This document shows positions 10,598-21,661 of a stretch of 64,000 nt of DNA, one piece after another. The notes beneath the pieces were generated by a model. The model was not told the DNA's origin, searched no databases, and worked only from the letters and a program-made list of their open reading frames with translations. Source of the stretch: an uncultured delta proteobacterium (GTDB lineage Bacteria > Myxococcota_A > Polyangia > Fen-1088); the NCBI GenBank assembly GCA_963796685.1, contig CAWCMR010000025.1, forward strand, positions 2,048,001-2,112,000. The letters are read 5' to 3'. Positions within the stretch are counted from its first letter, which is position 1, and every line of letters begins with the position of its first letter. The translations under genes and the position numbers were made by a program.

Positions 10598-11941
10598 TCA
10601 TTTACTAGCGCCCTCGTCGAACACGACGTGCGAGAAGCCGCTCGCGTTGTCGACGAATGCGGCGCCGAGCCCCGCGGAGGTCGGGCCCCAACCGAAGTAG
10701 TCGCCGAGCCAATCGGGCACGTGCCGTTGCAAGGTTGGGGTCAAACCCGTTGCCAGGACAGCTTCGTTGGCGAACGAGCGGCCGCCATCGGCAGAGACGA
10801 CGTACACCAGATCGGCCGAGCCCGTGCCTTCACCGGCCGCCCGATAGGCCGCCAACTCCGGCGAGCCGTCGGCCCCTCGTGCGAGCTGTGGAAACAGCAA
10901 GAACCCTGGCGCAGCTCCGCCATCGGCCTCGGGAGCACCGCCGTCGGAGATGGTCTGCGCCATGCCCGCCCCATCGAGCGCGACCACGTCGCTGTCGGCT
11001 GTGGATGCGCCCAGGGTGACGTGCGCCACGTGAACGGAAAGCAAGCGTGCTACGGGCACGTCGTAGCCGTCCCGCGTTCGTCCATAGGAGATCCACGCCT
11101 CGTCGCCATTGGCGATGCACGTCGGATCTTGGAAGGCCACGTTTCCGACGGGATCCGACACGGCCACGTCCACCGGCGTCGACCAGGTGACACCACCGTC
11201 CCCTGTGTGCGCGAGGCGAATGGCGTGGTTCGCGACATAGGTGACGAATGCGCCGCCGGGGCGGCCGTCCGGGCACGAGGCCGCAAGATTCGCCATCGCC
11301 GGATCGACGATCGCACGCTGGAAGGTCGCGCCGCCGTCGGACGACGCCGCCGCCAGGATGCCGCCGCGCCGGAGGTCGCTGTAGCTGACCACGAGCACGT
11401 CGTCGGACGTGAGGATCATCCATGGTTTGTCGTACAGCGAATCGGTGATGGGTTCGCTCAATTCGACAGGGGGCTCGAAACCGTTTGCGCCCGCCGACCA
11501 GCGTGCGAATTGGATGTGAATGTCCCTGACCCCCACCTGGGGCTGGGCGGGATTGGGTCCCGGCGTCCACGATGCCCAGGCCGCGAACAGCGTCCCCGCA
11601 CCATCGCGGGCCAGCGTCACGTTGCTGGCCATTTGACCGTTCGGGCTATCGAGGTAGCGCGGCTTTGCGAACCCCGTCGGTCCCTTGCGGGTGTAGCCCA
11701 CACGGGTCACCCCATCGCAGCCATACGCTTCCCAGGCGATGGCGGTATCGTTGGCCCGCTCCACGAAAAACGGCTCGACCTCGAACTGGCTTGCGCCGTC
11801 CAGCGACACGAAGGGCGCGCCGGACCGGTCAGGCCAATCGCTGCAACCACGCGCATCGGATGTCGGCTCTCTTGCCGCCGTCGATGGGCCGCAAGCCCAC
11901 GCCACGAGCGGCAGGGCGCAAAGAGGTGCCCGCCAATCCAT
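10598..11941 (-). CDS. BNR/Asp-box (sialidase-like beta-propeller) lipoprotein
   Basis: Lipobox-like VAWAC; Asp-boxes SSDGGATF, TGDGGVTW, SADGGRSF; DKPW and GDY motifs. Confidence 0.72.
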   Translation of the reverse strand: MDWRAPLCALPLVAWACGPSTAAREPTSDARGCSDWPDRSGAPFVSLDGASQFEVEPFFVERANDTAIAWEAYGCDGVTRVGYTRKGPTGFAKPRYLDSPNGQMASNVTLARDGAGTLFAAWASWTPGPNPAQPQVGVRDIHIQFARWSAGANGFEPPVELSEPITDSLYDKPWMILTSDDVLVVSYSDLRRGGILAAASSDGGATFQRAIVDPAMANLAASCPDGRPGGAFVTYVANHAIRLAHTGDGGVTWSTPVDVAVSDPVGNVAFQDPTCIANGDEAWISYGRTRDGYDVPVARLLSVHVAHVTLGASTADSDVVALDGAGMAQTISDGGAPEADGGAAPGFLLFPQLARGADGSPELAAYRAAGEGTGSADLVYVVSADGGRSFANEAVLATGLTPTLQRHVPDWLGDYFGWGPTSAGLGAAFVDNASGFSHVVFDEGASK

Positions 11942-12117
11942 GCGCGATCGTTTCACCGGATACAACGACTCCCGCTCCGGCGTTGATCGCGCGCGGTCGC
12001 AAATGCCATGGCCGCGCATTGTACGCCGGGCGAGGTTCTGGGCGCCATCATGCGACCCGGCGCGCCTCCCTTTCCCCTTGACTGCCGACGGCCAACTGCG
12101 GACTTATGACAACCATC

Positions 12118-13554
12118 ATGTCGGTTCGTGTTCGCATCGCTCCATCGCCCACCGGCGATCCCCACGTGGGGACCGCCTACATCGCCTTGTTCAACTACGT
12201 GTTCGCCAAGAAGCACGGCGGCCAGTTCATCCTGCGTATCGAGGACACGGATCGCGCGCGTTCGACGCCCGATTCCGAGGCGGCCATCCTGCGTGCTCTG
12301 CGCTGGGTGGGCGTGGGCTGGGACGAAGGGCCCGACGTGGGCGGGCCGTGCGGGCCGTACCGGCAGTCGGAACGCAGTGAGATCTATAAGTCCGAGGTGG
12401 CGAAGCTCGTCGCCACGGGTGCGGCCTACCGGTGCTTTTGCACGGCCCAGCGGCTGGAAGAGATGCGTGCCGCCGCCAAGGGCAAGTCGTTCGTGGGCTA
12501 CGACGGGCACTGCCGCGGCGTCGACAAGGCCGAGTCCGACCGGCGCGCGACTGCGGGCGAGCCCTTCGTCATCCGCCTGGCCATGCCCAAGACCGGCGAG
12601 ACCGTGTTCACCGATCGCCTGCGCGGCGAGGTCCGCTTCGACAACACCCAGATCGACGACCAGATCCTGCTCAAGAGCGACGGCTTCCCCACCTACCACC
12701 TGGCCAACGTGGTCGACGACCGCCTGATGGGCATCACCCACGTCATTCGCGCCGAGGAATGGCTGTCGTCCACGCCCAAGCACGTCGAGCTGTACAAGGC
12801 CTTCGGCTGGCAAGCACCCGAGTGGATCCACATGCCGCTCCTGCGCAACGCCGACAAGTCGAAGATCTCCAAGCGCAAAAATCCCGTCTCGCTCGACTAC
12901 TACCGCGCCGCCGGCTTCCTGCCCGAGGCGCTGCTCAACTACCTCGGCACCATGGGCTGGTCCATCTCGGGCGACCGCGAGAAGTTCACCCTGGCCGAGA
13001 TGATCGAGGTCTTCACCTTCGACCGCATGAGCCTGGGCGGCCCGGTGTTCGACCTGGTCAAGCTGTCGGCCATGAACGCCGACTACCTGCGGGCGCTGGA
13101 CGACGCGGGCATCGTGGCGCGCCTGCGCGGATGGCGCCTGGGCGACGAGTACCTGAAGCAGCTCGTGCCGCTGGTGCGCCAGCGGGTGCAGCGCCTGGAC
13201 GAATTCATTCCCATGACCGAGTTCTTCTACTCGGGCGATCTCGACTACACGCCGGTCGCCAAGGATCTGATTCCCAAGAACCGCACCGCCAAGGACGTGG
13301 CCGATTGCCTGCTCGGCTTCGTCGAGGCCCTGGACGTGCAGCGCGACTTCTCCCACGCTGCCCTGGAAGCCGCCACGCGCGCCTACGCCGAGAAGATCGC
13401 CTGGGACGTGAAAGAGCTGTTCATGGTCGTGCGCATGGCCGCCACGGCTCGCAAGGCCACCCCGCCGCTCTTCGAAACCCTGGCCGTGCTCGGCCGCGAC
13501 CTCGTCCGCCGCCGCCTGCGCCTGTGCGGCGAATTCATGAAGCGGATGAAGTAG
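12118..13554 (+). CDS. gltX: Glutamate--tRNA ligase
   Basis: [13 protein letters not shown] (HIGH), LRIEDTD, KISKR (KMSKS). Confidence 0.97.
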   Translation: MSVRVRIAPSPTGDPHVGTAYIALFNYVFAKKHGGQFILRIEDTDRARSTPDSEAAILRALRWVGVGWDEGPDVGGPCGPYRQSERSEIYKSEVAKLVATGAAYRCFCTAQRLEEMRAAAKGKSFVGYDGHCRGVDKAESDRRATAGEPFVIRLAMPKTGETVFTDRLRGEVRFDNTQIDDQILLKSDGFPTYHLANVVDDRLMGITHVIRAEEWLSSTPKHVELYKAFGWQAPEWIHMPLLRNADKSKISKRKNPVSLDYYRAAGFLPEALLNYLGTMGWSISGDREKFTLAEMIEVFTFDRMSLGGPVFDLVKLSAMNADYLRALDDAGIVARLRGWRLGDEYLKQLVPLVRQRVQRLDEFIPMTEFFYSGDLDYTPVAKDLIPKNRTAKDVADCLLGFVEALDVQRDFSHAALEAATRAYAEKIAWDVKELFMVVRMAATARKATPPLFETLAVLGRDLVRRRLRLCGEFMKRMK

Positions 13555-13563
13555 GCGCAGGGC

Positions 13564-13579
13564 CATTACCATGGTAATG
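13564..13579. promoter_or_regulatory. Perfect 16-bp palindrome CATTACCATGGTAATG, probable antitoxin operator
   Basis: Self-complementary and 7 bp upstream of the AbrB-type antitoxin ATG. Confidence 0.7.
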
Positions 13580-13586
13580 TGTATCC

Positions 13587-13847
13587 ATGGCGCTGGCACA
13601 ATCGAGGATTACCGCACAGGGGCAGATTTCCGTTCCGCTCGAGGTGCGCAAGAGGCTCGGCATAGGGCCGGGGGCCGTGCTTGAATGGAATGAGGAGAAC
13701 GGGCAGGTCTTCGTTCGCCGGGCCGGCCGCACCTCTTCGGTCGAAATCCATCAGGCCTTGTTCTCGGCTCGACCGCCGCACAAGAGCGCCGCCGAAATGA
13801 AAGAGGGGATCAGACGCCTCGTCAGAAAACGCCATGCGCGCCATTGA
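13587..13847 (+). CDS. vapB: AbrB/MazE-family antitoxin (VapB)
   Basis: SRITAQGQISVPLEVRKRLGIGPG swapped-hairpin motif; overlaps the PIN toxin. Confidence 0.88.
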   Translation: MALAQSRITAQGQISVPLEVRKRLGIGPGAVLEWNEENGQVFVRRAGRTSSVEIHQALFSARPPHKSAAEMKEGIRRLVRKRHARH

Positions 13848-14214
13848 TACCAATGTTCTCGTGCGGCTCCTGGCGCGCGACGACGCCAAGCAAGTCGCGG
13901 CGGCCGAGCGTTTCGTGGAAAACGGCGCCTGGGTTTCTCACCTGGTCCTGATGGAGACCGCGTGGGTGCTGGAGAGCGTCTATGACCTCGCCCCTGATCG
14001 CATCGCGCTCGCGCTGGAGATGCTGATTGGCCATGCCCATCTCACCATCGAAAGGGCGGAGGTCGTCGTGGCGGCGCTCGACGAGCTCCGCAAGCGACCG
14101 AAACTGGGGTTCTCGGACTGCCTCATCGTCGCCACGGCCCGCCACGCCGGCCACATCCCGGTCGCGACCTTCGACCGAGACCTGGCCAAGCTCGAAGACG
14201 TGCAGAGGCTGTGA
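13834..14214 (+). CDS. vapC: PIN-domain toxin (VapC)
   Basis: IDTNVLVR, E, FSDCLI, TFD acidic PIN tetrad. Confidence 0.92.
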   Translation: MRAIDTNVLVRLLARDDAKQVAAAERFVENGAWVSHLVLMETAWVLESVYDLAPDRIALALEMLIGHAHLTIERAEVVVAALDELRKRPKLGFSDCLIVATARHAGHIPVATFDRDLAKLEDVQRL

Positions 14215-14324
14215 GCCAATCCCGCGCCCCGTCTCCGTGTCCTCCTCTGCCTCTGCGCTCCCTCCTTACAAAGAATCACACATGATTACAATTGCGTGAC
14301 AATTGCGGGGGTAGGTTGCCCGTC

Positions 14325-15992
14325 ATGGACGCCTCCAGCGTGCTCACGACGCTCTACCTGATCATTCTTCCCTTGCTCGCGGTCTACGGGTTCCATCGCT
14401 CGTCGCTGGTGTATCTCTACTACCGCCACAAGGACAAGCAGCCCGTCGAGCCGGGCAAGTTCGCCGACCTGCCCGCCGTGACGGTGCAGTTGCCGCTCTT
14501 CAACGAGATGTACGTGGTCGAGCGCCTGCTCGACGCCGTGGCGGCCATCCGCTATCCGCACGACCGCTTCCAGATCCAGGTGCTCGACGATTCCACCGAC
14601 GAGACCTGCGACATCTGCAAGAACAAGATCGAGCAGCTCATCGTGCGCTACCCCGACCTCGACATCGAGTACGTGCACCGTACGGATCGCACGGGCTTCA
14701 AGGCCGGCGCGCTCGACAACGGCCTGCGCACGGCCAAGGGCGAGCTGGTCATGATCTTCGACGCCGACTTCGTTCCCAACCCCGACATCCTCGAAAAGAC
14801 CGTCCACCACTTCCTCGACCCCAAGGTCGCGGTGGTGCAGTGCCGCTGGGAGCACATCAACCGCGATTTCTCGGCCCTGACCGAGGCGCAGGCCCTGATG
14901 CTCAACGGTCACTTCGTGATGGAGCACGCGGGCCGCAACCGCTCGGGCCGCTTCTTCAATTTCAACGGCACCGCCGGTATGTGGCGGCGCGCGGCCATCG
15001 TGGATGCCGGCGGCTGGCACCACGATACGCTGACAGAGGATATGGATCTGTCCTACCGCGCGCAGCTACGCGGCTGGCGCTTCGTGTACCTGCCCGACAT
15101 CGCCGCGCCGGCCGAGCTGCCCGTCGAGATGTCGGCCTTCAAGGCGCAACAGTTTCGCTGGGCCAAGGGCTCGATCCAGGTCGCGCGCAAGCTTCTGCCG
15201 CGCATCCTCAGGTCGAACGCGACCTTCGGCCAGAAGAGCGAGGCCTTCTTTCACCTGACCAACAACTTCGCCTACCCGCTCTTGCTGCTGCTCTCGCTGC
15301 TGCTCCTGCCCAACCTGATGTTTCGCACCACCCACGGCGTGCGCGAGGTGCTGCTCATCGATCTGCCGCTCTTCTTCGGCACCACCCTCAGCATCGCCTC
15401 GTTTTACGTCACCTCCGAACGCGAGGTCGCGCGCATGAGCGGCTCCACGTCGCACTCGACCTGGGGCACCCTGGCCCAGATCCCCTTGGTCCTGTCCCTC
15501 GGCATCGGCCTGTGCGTGAACCAGACCCGCGCGGTGATCGAGGCGGTGTTCGGCCGCGAGACCGAGTTCGTGCGCACGCCCAAGCACGGCATCTGCGGCA
15601 AGCTGGAATCCTGGTCGGGCAAGAAGTACCGCGCCGCCAAGTCGCTGACGCCGTTCTTCGAGATGTTCATGGCCGCGTACTTCGTGGTCGCGGTCCAGAT
15701 CGCGATCGCCAACGGGCACTACGTCTCCGTTCCGTTCTTGCTGCTCTTTCTCTTCGGCTTCTCCTACGTGGGCGCGCTGTCCATGTGGCAAGGCGGCTTC
15801 GGCCAGGCCCTGCGCAGGGTGTGGCAACGCGAGGAGCGCGCCGTGGTGCCCGTGTCCATGATGTCCGCGCCCTTCGTGGCGGCCATGCCCGACGCCACGC
15901 CCGGCCCCATCTTGCTGCCCATGGAGGCGCGCCCGCTGCGCCCGGCGCGCGCCCGCGCAGGCAACGAGCCCCACGGCCGCGCTTCGGTTTGA
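14325..15992 (+). CDS. Processive GT2 glycosyltransferase (cellulose-synthase-like, CslA/CslC type)
   Basis: QVLDDSTD, GFKAGAL, FDADF, TEDMDL, QQFRW (QxxRW); C-terminal TM helices. Confidence 0.9.
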   Translation: MDASSVLTTLYLIILPLLAVYGFHRSSLVYLYYRHKDKQPVEPGKFADLPAVTVQLPLFNEMYVVERLLDAVAAIRYPHDRFQIQVLDDSTDETCDICKNKIEQLIVRYPDLDIEYVHRTDRTGFKAGALDNGLRTAKGELVMIFDADFVPNPDILEKTVHHFLDPKVAVVQCRWEHINRDFSALTEAQALMLNGHFVMEHAGRNRSGRFFNFNGTAGMWRRAAIVDAGGWHHDTLTEDMDLSYRAQLRGWRFVYLPDIAAPAELPVEMSAFKAQQFRWAKGSIQVARKLLPRILRSNATFGQKSEAFFHLTNNFAYPLLLLLSLLLLPNLMFRTTHGVREVLLIDLPLFFGTTLSIASFYVTSEREVARMSGSTSHSTWGTLAQIPLVLSLGIGLCVNQTRAVIEAVFGRETEFVRTPKHGICGKLESWSGKKYRAAKSLTPFFEMFMAAYFVVAVQIAIANGHYVSVPFLLLFLFGFSYVGALSMWQGGFGQALRRVWQREERAVVPVSMMSAPFVAAMPDATPGPILLPMEARPLRPARARAGNEPHGRASV

Positions 15993-16039
15993 TCGCCATC
16001 CGCACTTGGTCGCGGTCGCGAATGAGCGAAGTCCACCGA

Positions 16040-16111
16040 GTAGGGGCGGGTTTGAAACCCGCCCTCAGGTGTCTCGCGATCCAGTGGGGCGGGTTTCAAA
16101 CCCGCCCCTAC
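16040..16111. repeat. Inverted doublet of GTAG-type REPs (REPIN-like) between convergent genes
   Basis: GTAGGGGCGGGTTTGAAACCCGCCC (16040-16064) and GGGGCGGGTTTCAAACCCGCCCCTAC (16086-16111). Confidence 0.85.
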
Positions 16112-16116
16112 CAGCG

Positions 16117-16587
16117 CTAGCCAGGGGTCGGTTTTGATTCCGCCCGGGCGGGCTTTTCGGTGGCCGGCTCGGGCACCAGCGGAAAGCGATCGCCGCGGGC
16201 GCGCCGCTGTTTGATCATCATCCAGCGACCGCCGCGCTGTTCCCAGCGCTGTTGCAGGGTGGCCTGGCGAACCGACGGATCGCTCTTCTTGTACCACTCG
16301 ATCTTCACGTCGACCGTCGCCGCCTCGGCTCCTTGCATGAACCGCACTCCCAGCACCTCGTAGTCCACGATAACCAAATCCGCGTCCACCATGTTTGCGC
16401 GCGCCTGAAAGAGCGCGTTTTCTTCCGGGGTCATGGACTGTCCCACGATTTCCCAACGCCCCCAGCGGAAATCGTCGTTGAACATACGTGCGTCGCGAAT
16501 CAAGTCGTCCTGGCGCCGCTGCGACGGGGTCATACACCCAAGCGCGCTCGCGAAAAGCAACGCCGCTGTCACGGTTCTCCATCTCAT
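16117..16587 (-). CDS. Conserved hypothetical lipoprotein
   Basis: Signal peptide with lipobox ALGC; FNDDFRWGRW. Confidence 0.7.
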   Translation of the reverse strand: MRWRTVTAALLFASALGCMTPSQRRQDDLIRDARMFNDDFRWGRWEIVGQSMTPEENALFQARANMVDADLVIVDYEVLGVRFMQGAEAATVDVKIEWYKKSDPSVRQATLQQRWEQRGGRWMMIKQRRARGDRFPLVPEPATEKPARAESKPTPG

Positions 16588-16647
16588 TGGACGACTCCCC
16601 TCGACTCTTTCAAGATCCGAAAACCCTTCTGGTTGATTTCTTCCACG

Positions 16648-17550
16648 TCACTCGCCTGGCCGGCCGAAGACTACGCGCTCGATGCCGGCGAGATCCCGTC
16701 GCGTGCTCACCGCGCTGTACCCTTCGCCGCGCAAGAGCTCCGTCACCGCGGCGGCCTGACCTGCGCCGATTTCCATGGCCAGCGCGCCATCCGGCGCCAA
16801 GACCTGTCGCGCCTCGCTGGCCAGCCGGCGTATGAGCGCCAGGCCGTCCTCGCCACCGTCGAGGGCCAGGCGCGGCTCTCGAAGCACCTCGGGTGAAAGC
16901 CCGTCGATGTCTCGGGTGGGGATGTACGGCGGGTTGCTGGCCACGAGATCGAAGGGGCCGCGTCCGGTCAGCGGCGCGACGAGGTCGCCCTGCAAGAAGG
17001 CGACTTCGAGGCCGAGGCGCTCGGCATTGCCGCGCGCCACTTCCAGCGCTTCCGGCGACAGATCGACGGCCAAGACCTCGTCGCCGGGGCGTTCTTTCTT
17101 GAGGGCCAGGGCCAGCGCGCCCGAGCCCGTGCCGATGTCCGCCACGCGCAACGCTCTCCCGCGGTCGGGCATCGCCTCGAGCAGCTCCAGCGCTTGCGCG
17201 ACCAGGGTTTCCGTGTCGGGCCGGGGCACCAGCACGCGCGCGTCGACCATCAGATCCAGGCTCCAGAACTCCTTGCGACCGAGGATGTACGCCACCGATT
17301 CGCCGGCCATGCGTCGCTGCACGAGGCCGCGGTACGCGCCGAGCTCGGGGTCGCCGAGGGGCTGATCGAAGTGCGTGTACAGCTCGACCCGCGTCCGGCC
17401 GAAAGCCTGCGTAGCCAGCAGCTCGGCGTCCAGGCGCGCGCTCGCGATGCCCTGGCGCTCGAATCGCCCGATGGTCCAGCGCAAGACCTCGAGGATGGTC
17501 CAGATCGGTTTCTGCGCGGGTGGCGCGGGCGGCAATCGACTGTCGAGCAC
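16648..17550 (-). CDS. prmC: Release factor glutamine methyltransferase
   Basis: ARLDAELL, YILGRKEFW, VLVPRPDTETLV, DIGTGSG, SNPPY, ALDGGEDGL. Confidence 0.95.
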   Translation of the reverse strand: MLDSRLPPAPPAQKPIWTILEVLRWTIGRFERQGIASARLDAELLATQAFGRTRVELYTHFDQPLGDPELGAYRGLVQRRMAGESVAYILGRKEFWSLDLMVDARVLVPRPDTETLVAQALELLEAMPDRGRALRVADIGTGSGALALALKKERPGDEVLAVDLSPEALEVARGNAERLGLEVAFLQGDLVAPLTGRGPFDLVASNPPYIPTRDIDGLSPEVLREPRLALDGGEDGLALIRRLASEARQVLAPDGALAMEIGAGQAAAVTELLRGEGYSAVSTRRDLAGIERVVFGRPGE

Positions 17551-17633
17551 CCGATGATTGTGCCGGATGCATCCCGGGATTGCGAGATTCCTTGGTTTCC
17601 GCCCCCGCGGCCGGGCTGCTACACTCGGCGGCG

Positions 17634-19756
17634 ATGAACCGTCCCAGCTCGGCGATAGTAGCCTGCGCAAGCGCCTTTCTGGTGGCCGCCGCGGCCTCGG
17701 CCACGACGACGCGACTGTTTCGCCAGAGCACGGCCAAGGACTTCGAGGAAGGGGAGGCTACGGCCACCATGGTTGCGCCCCGGGCCAAGTGCTGCCCGGC
17801 CTGAAGAGCACCCGCGTGGCCATCGACGCGGCGTTTGCATGGTGCGGTGTCCTTTCGCGCGACCGGGGCACGGCGTACTTCGGCACCGGCGACCGCGGAC
17901 GCATCTTTGCCGTGGCGGCCGCCGGGACGGGGGGCGCGCGCCTGCTGGCCCAGATCGATGCCCCGTGGGTTACCGCCCTGGCGGTGCGGCCCGACGGAAG
18001 CCTGCTGGCCGGCTCGACCCCGGGTGGACGCATCTTCGCCGTCGACGCCAAGACCGGCAAGAGCAGCGTGTTCGCCAAGCTCGACGCCGAGCACGTGTGG
18101 GCCATCGAATACGATGCCGTGCGCGCCCTGACCTATGCCGCCACCGGCGATGGCGGGAAGATCTTCGCCATCGACGCCAAGGGGCATTCGCACCTGTATT
18201 GGGATGCCGGAGACGCACACGTGATGTCGCTGGCCAGGGATGGCGATGCGCTCTTGGCGGGTACCGCGGGCAAGGCCTTGCTCTACCGCGTGTACGCCAA
18301 CGGCCGCTCCGAGGCCTTGCACGACTTCGATGCCGACGAGGTTCGGGCCATCGTGCGCGGCAAGGGCGCGATCTATCTGGCCGTCAACGATTTCGACAAT
18401 CCGGCGGACACCAAGGATCCAGCGCCCACCGGCGCGCAGCCGGCCAAGGGCACGCGCATCGTGACTGGCCCCGCGCCCGCGTCGGGCGCCATCGCACGCG
18501 CCGACGCGGTCAAGGCCAAGGCCGCCATCTACCGGCTCGACGACGACGGCCGCATCGAGCAGCTCTTTGCCCTGGCCGACGGCTACTTCACCGCTTTGCT
18601 GCTCGACGAGAAGGGCAACCTGTTCGCCTCGGCGGGTAGCCAGGGCAAGATCTACCGCATCGCGCCCGATCGGACCGTGGCCCTGGCGGCCGACATCTCC
18701 GAACGGCAGGCGCTGACCATGGTGCAAACCCGGGATGGTTTTCTGGTGGGCAGCGGCGATGTCGGTGCCATCTACCGGGTGCGTCCGGTCCAGGGCGCCG
18801 AGGCCTCCTATCTCAGCAAGGTGTTCGATGCCGAAACGCCCGCGCGTTGGGGCCACGTGTGGTGGACTGGCTCGCGCGACTTGGTGCTGGAGACGCGTTC
18901 GGGCAACACCGGCAAGCCGGATGCAAGCTGGTCGTCGTTTCTCCGGCTTGCCGACGTCAGCCACGCCGGGGGGGAGGGCACGGGCGGCATCCGCAGCCCG
19001 GGTGGTCGCTACTTGCAGTACCGCGCGACCTTGCCCGGCCGTGATTCGGTTCTGAGCGACATCTCGATCTACTACGCCCCCCACAACCAGCGTGCGCGCA
19101 TCACCGAGGTCTATCTCGCCGATGCATCGACGTCGGCCGGCCAAAGCACGGGCGGAACGTCTGCGGCCGCCGCGCCCTCGGCGGGCAGCGCGCGGGCGCA
19201 CTCTTCGACGTTGAAGCTGCGTTGGAAGGTCGAGAATCCCGACAACGACGAGCTCATCTACAAGCTGTGGTTTCGCCAGGTGGGCGATTCCGTGTGGCGC
19301 CCGCTGGGCGGACCGGATCCCTTGGGCAAAGCCGAATACGACTGGAACACCGACTCGGTTCCCGACGGGCGCTACGCCATCCGGGTGTGGGCCTCGGACG
19401 AAAAGGTCACGCCCGCCGACCGCGCCCTCGACTTCCTGTTCGAGTCGCCCCCCTTCCTGGTCGACAACACCAAGCCGGAGATCCGCGGCCTTGCGACCCT
19501 GGCTGCCACCCCGATGCGCGTCATCGGCCGCGCCCACGACGCGCGCTCCGTGATCTCGGCCATCGAGTTTGCCGTCGACGGCAACGAGTGGTGGCCGGCC
19601 CAGCCCGACGACGGAGTGCTGGACGAACGCGACGAGGCGTTCACCGTGCAACTGTCGAAAGCGCTCGCTCCAGGACCGCACATCGTCAACGTGCGCGCCT
19701 GGGACTCCGCCGACAACGTGGGCTCGGCCCGCATCGAGATTCGCGTCGGGAAATAG
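17634..19756 (+). CDS. Secreted beta-propeller plus FN3/Ig-like protein (frameshift near 17780)
   Basis: Signal peptide MNRPSS...ASATTTRLFRQ lies in ORF 17520..17804; WD/NHL-like repeats (ATGDGGKIF), ETRSGNT..PD..WS and WNTDSVPDGRY lie in ORF 17558..19756. Confidence 0.75.
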
Positions 19757-19793
19757 CGCGAAGTCGCGCTCGGGACGCCGCCGAAAGGCGCGA

Positions 19794-20168
19794 CTACTTC
19801 GCGGCCTTGGCCTTTGCCTTCACCTTGACGGCGGGCTTCTTGGCCTTGCGCTCGGTGGCCTTGGCCAGGTCGACCAGGCGCGCGTCCGAGTAGGCGGCCA
19901 GGCGCTCGACGAAGGGCTTGTCCTTGGTGCGGCCCAGGGCCTTGGCCACTTGCTCGACGAGAGCGTCGCGGTTGCTGTACTTGTCCTTCACCACCATCGC
20001 GACCTGATGCAGGCGCAGCAGCTTGGTGTTGGCGGCACTGCTCAGGCGCTTGCGCAAATCATCCTTCGACTCGTCGCCGCGGTCGAGCAGCCCGACCAGC
20101 TTGTCTACCAGCTTGTCCTTGGCGCCGAAGGTTTCGTTCACGATTGCGAGGGGGGATTTCTGCGACAT
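19794..20168 (-). CDS. Basic hypothetical protein
   Basis: Host-like codon usage, GGAG RBS, Lys/Ala-rich C-terminus. Confidence 0.7.
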   Translation of the reverse strand: MSQKSPLAIVNETFGAKDKLVDKLVGLLDRGDESKDDLRKRLSSAANTKLLRLHQVAMVVKDKYSNRDALVEQVAKALGRTKDKPFVERLAAYSDARLVDLAKATERKAKKPAVKVKAKAKAAK

Positions 20169-20216
20169 GGTCTGTCTCCGTCTTTCCGAAGAGGCTTAGC
20201 GACGAGGGCGCTTCTC

Positions 20217-21516
20217 TTACCTCAAAACGTGCAACGTCGCCAGAGTCTCTTGGGCGGCGGCCACAAAAGAATCGATTTCCGCATCCGTGTGCGCCAGCGA
20301 AATGAAGGCAGCTTCGAGCTGGGCGGGCGGCAAGTAGAAGCCGCGGTCCAGCATGCCGTGGAAGAAGTCCGCATAAACCTTGGTGTTCGCCCTCTTCGCG
20401 TCTGCGAAATCCGCAACCGGGCCTGGGAAAAAGAAGAGGGTGAAGGCTGACCCAACGCGCTGAACACACGCGTCGACGCTGGACTTTGAGATTGCGTCAT
20501 GAATTCCTGCTTCAAGCCTGGCGCCCATGGTTTCGAGGCGCTCGTAGCTCTTGGCATTCAGCTGGCTCAGCATGGCAAGGCCCGCGGCCATGGCCAAGGG
20601 ATTGCCCGAGAGGGTTCCGGCCTGGTACACCGGGCCGTCGGGAGCCACCATCTTCATGATGTCGGCCCGCCCGCCGTATGCGCCGAGAGGCAGGCCGCCA
20701 CCGATGATCTTGCCCAGGCAGGTCAGGTCCGGGCGAACCGAATACAGTCTCTGCGCGCCCCCGGGCCCTGCCCGAAAGCCGGAGATGACTTCGTCGAAGA
20801 TGAGCAGGGCGCCGGCTTCGTCACACAGGCGGCGCAAGGCCTGCAGGTAGCCGGCCTTGGGCGGCACCAGGCCCATGTTGCCCGGAATCGGCTCCACGAT
20901 GAGCGCCGCCACCTGGCCCGGATTGGCGGCAAAGGCCGCGGCCATGGCCCGCTCGTCGTTGAAGGGCACGATGACGGTATCGGCCACCGCCGCCGCCGTC
21001 ACTCCCGCCGAGCCGGGAATGCCCAGGGTCGCGGCACCCGAGCCGGCAGCGGCCAGCAGCATGTCCGCGTGTCCGTGGTAGCCGCCATCGATCTTGATGA
21101 GCTTGTTGCGCCCGGTGAAGCCGCGCGCCACCCGTAGGGCCGACATGGTGGCCTCGGTCCCCGAAGACACGAACCGCATGCGCTCCATCGAAGGGAAGAG
21201 GGCGCGGATGGCCTCGCCGAGCTCGAATCTCGCGCTCCGTCGAGGCCCCGAAGGTCGTGCCTTGCCCGGCGGCCTCGGTGATGGCGGCCACGACCCGCGG
21301 GTTGGCGTGCCCGAGGATGAGCGGCCCCCACGAACCGAGAAAATCGGTGTAGCGATTCCCGTCGGCGTCCCACACGAAGGCGCCCTCGCCGCGCGCGAGG
21401 AACACCGGCGTTCCCCCCACCGCCTTGAACGCCCGCACCGGTGAATTCACGCCGCCCGGGAAGAGCCCGCAGGCGCGTTCGAATAGTTGCCGCGATTTCT
21501 CGTTCTGCCTGCCCAT
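20217..21516 (-). CDS. hemL: Glutamate-1-semialdehyde 2,1-aminomutase (frameshift near 21226)
   Basis: [11 protein letters not shown] in ORF 20821..21516; [42 protein letters not shown] in ORF 20217..21188. Confidence 0.95.
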
Positions 21517-21587
21517 CTAGAACACCTCCGGGTTGCGGAAGGGGCGCTGCGGCAATTCGTGGGGGTGCAAAGAGATCCAACAATGAG

Positions 21588-21633
21588 GTCCCCTCGCCCC
21601 GGCGTCAGCCGGGGAGAGGGACAGGGTGAGGGG
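21588..21633. repeat. CCCTCACCC/CCCTCTCCC-type intergenic palindromic element
   Basis: Hairpin GTCCCCTCGCCCCGGC-GTCA-GCCGGGGAGAGGGAC followed by AGGGTGAGGGG between gyrA and hemL. Confidence 0.6.
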
Positions 21634-21661
21634 CCAACCAGCCCCTAGGTCGTCGATCACG

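Noticed and set aside
20217-21516. hemL, coaX, gltC, yraN and others as true pseudogenes
   Set aside because: Each has a single indel with otherwise intact motifs, and most indels sit at AGCT or homopolymers, so sequencing error is more likely.
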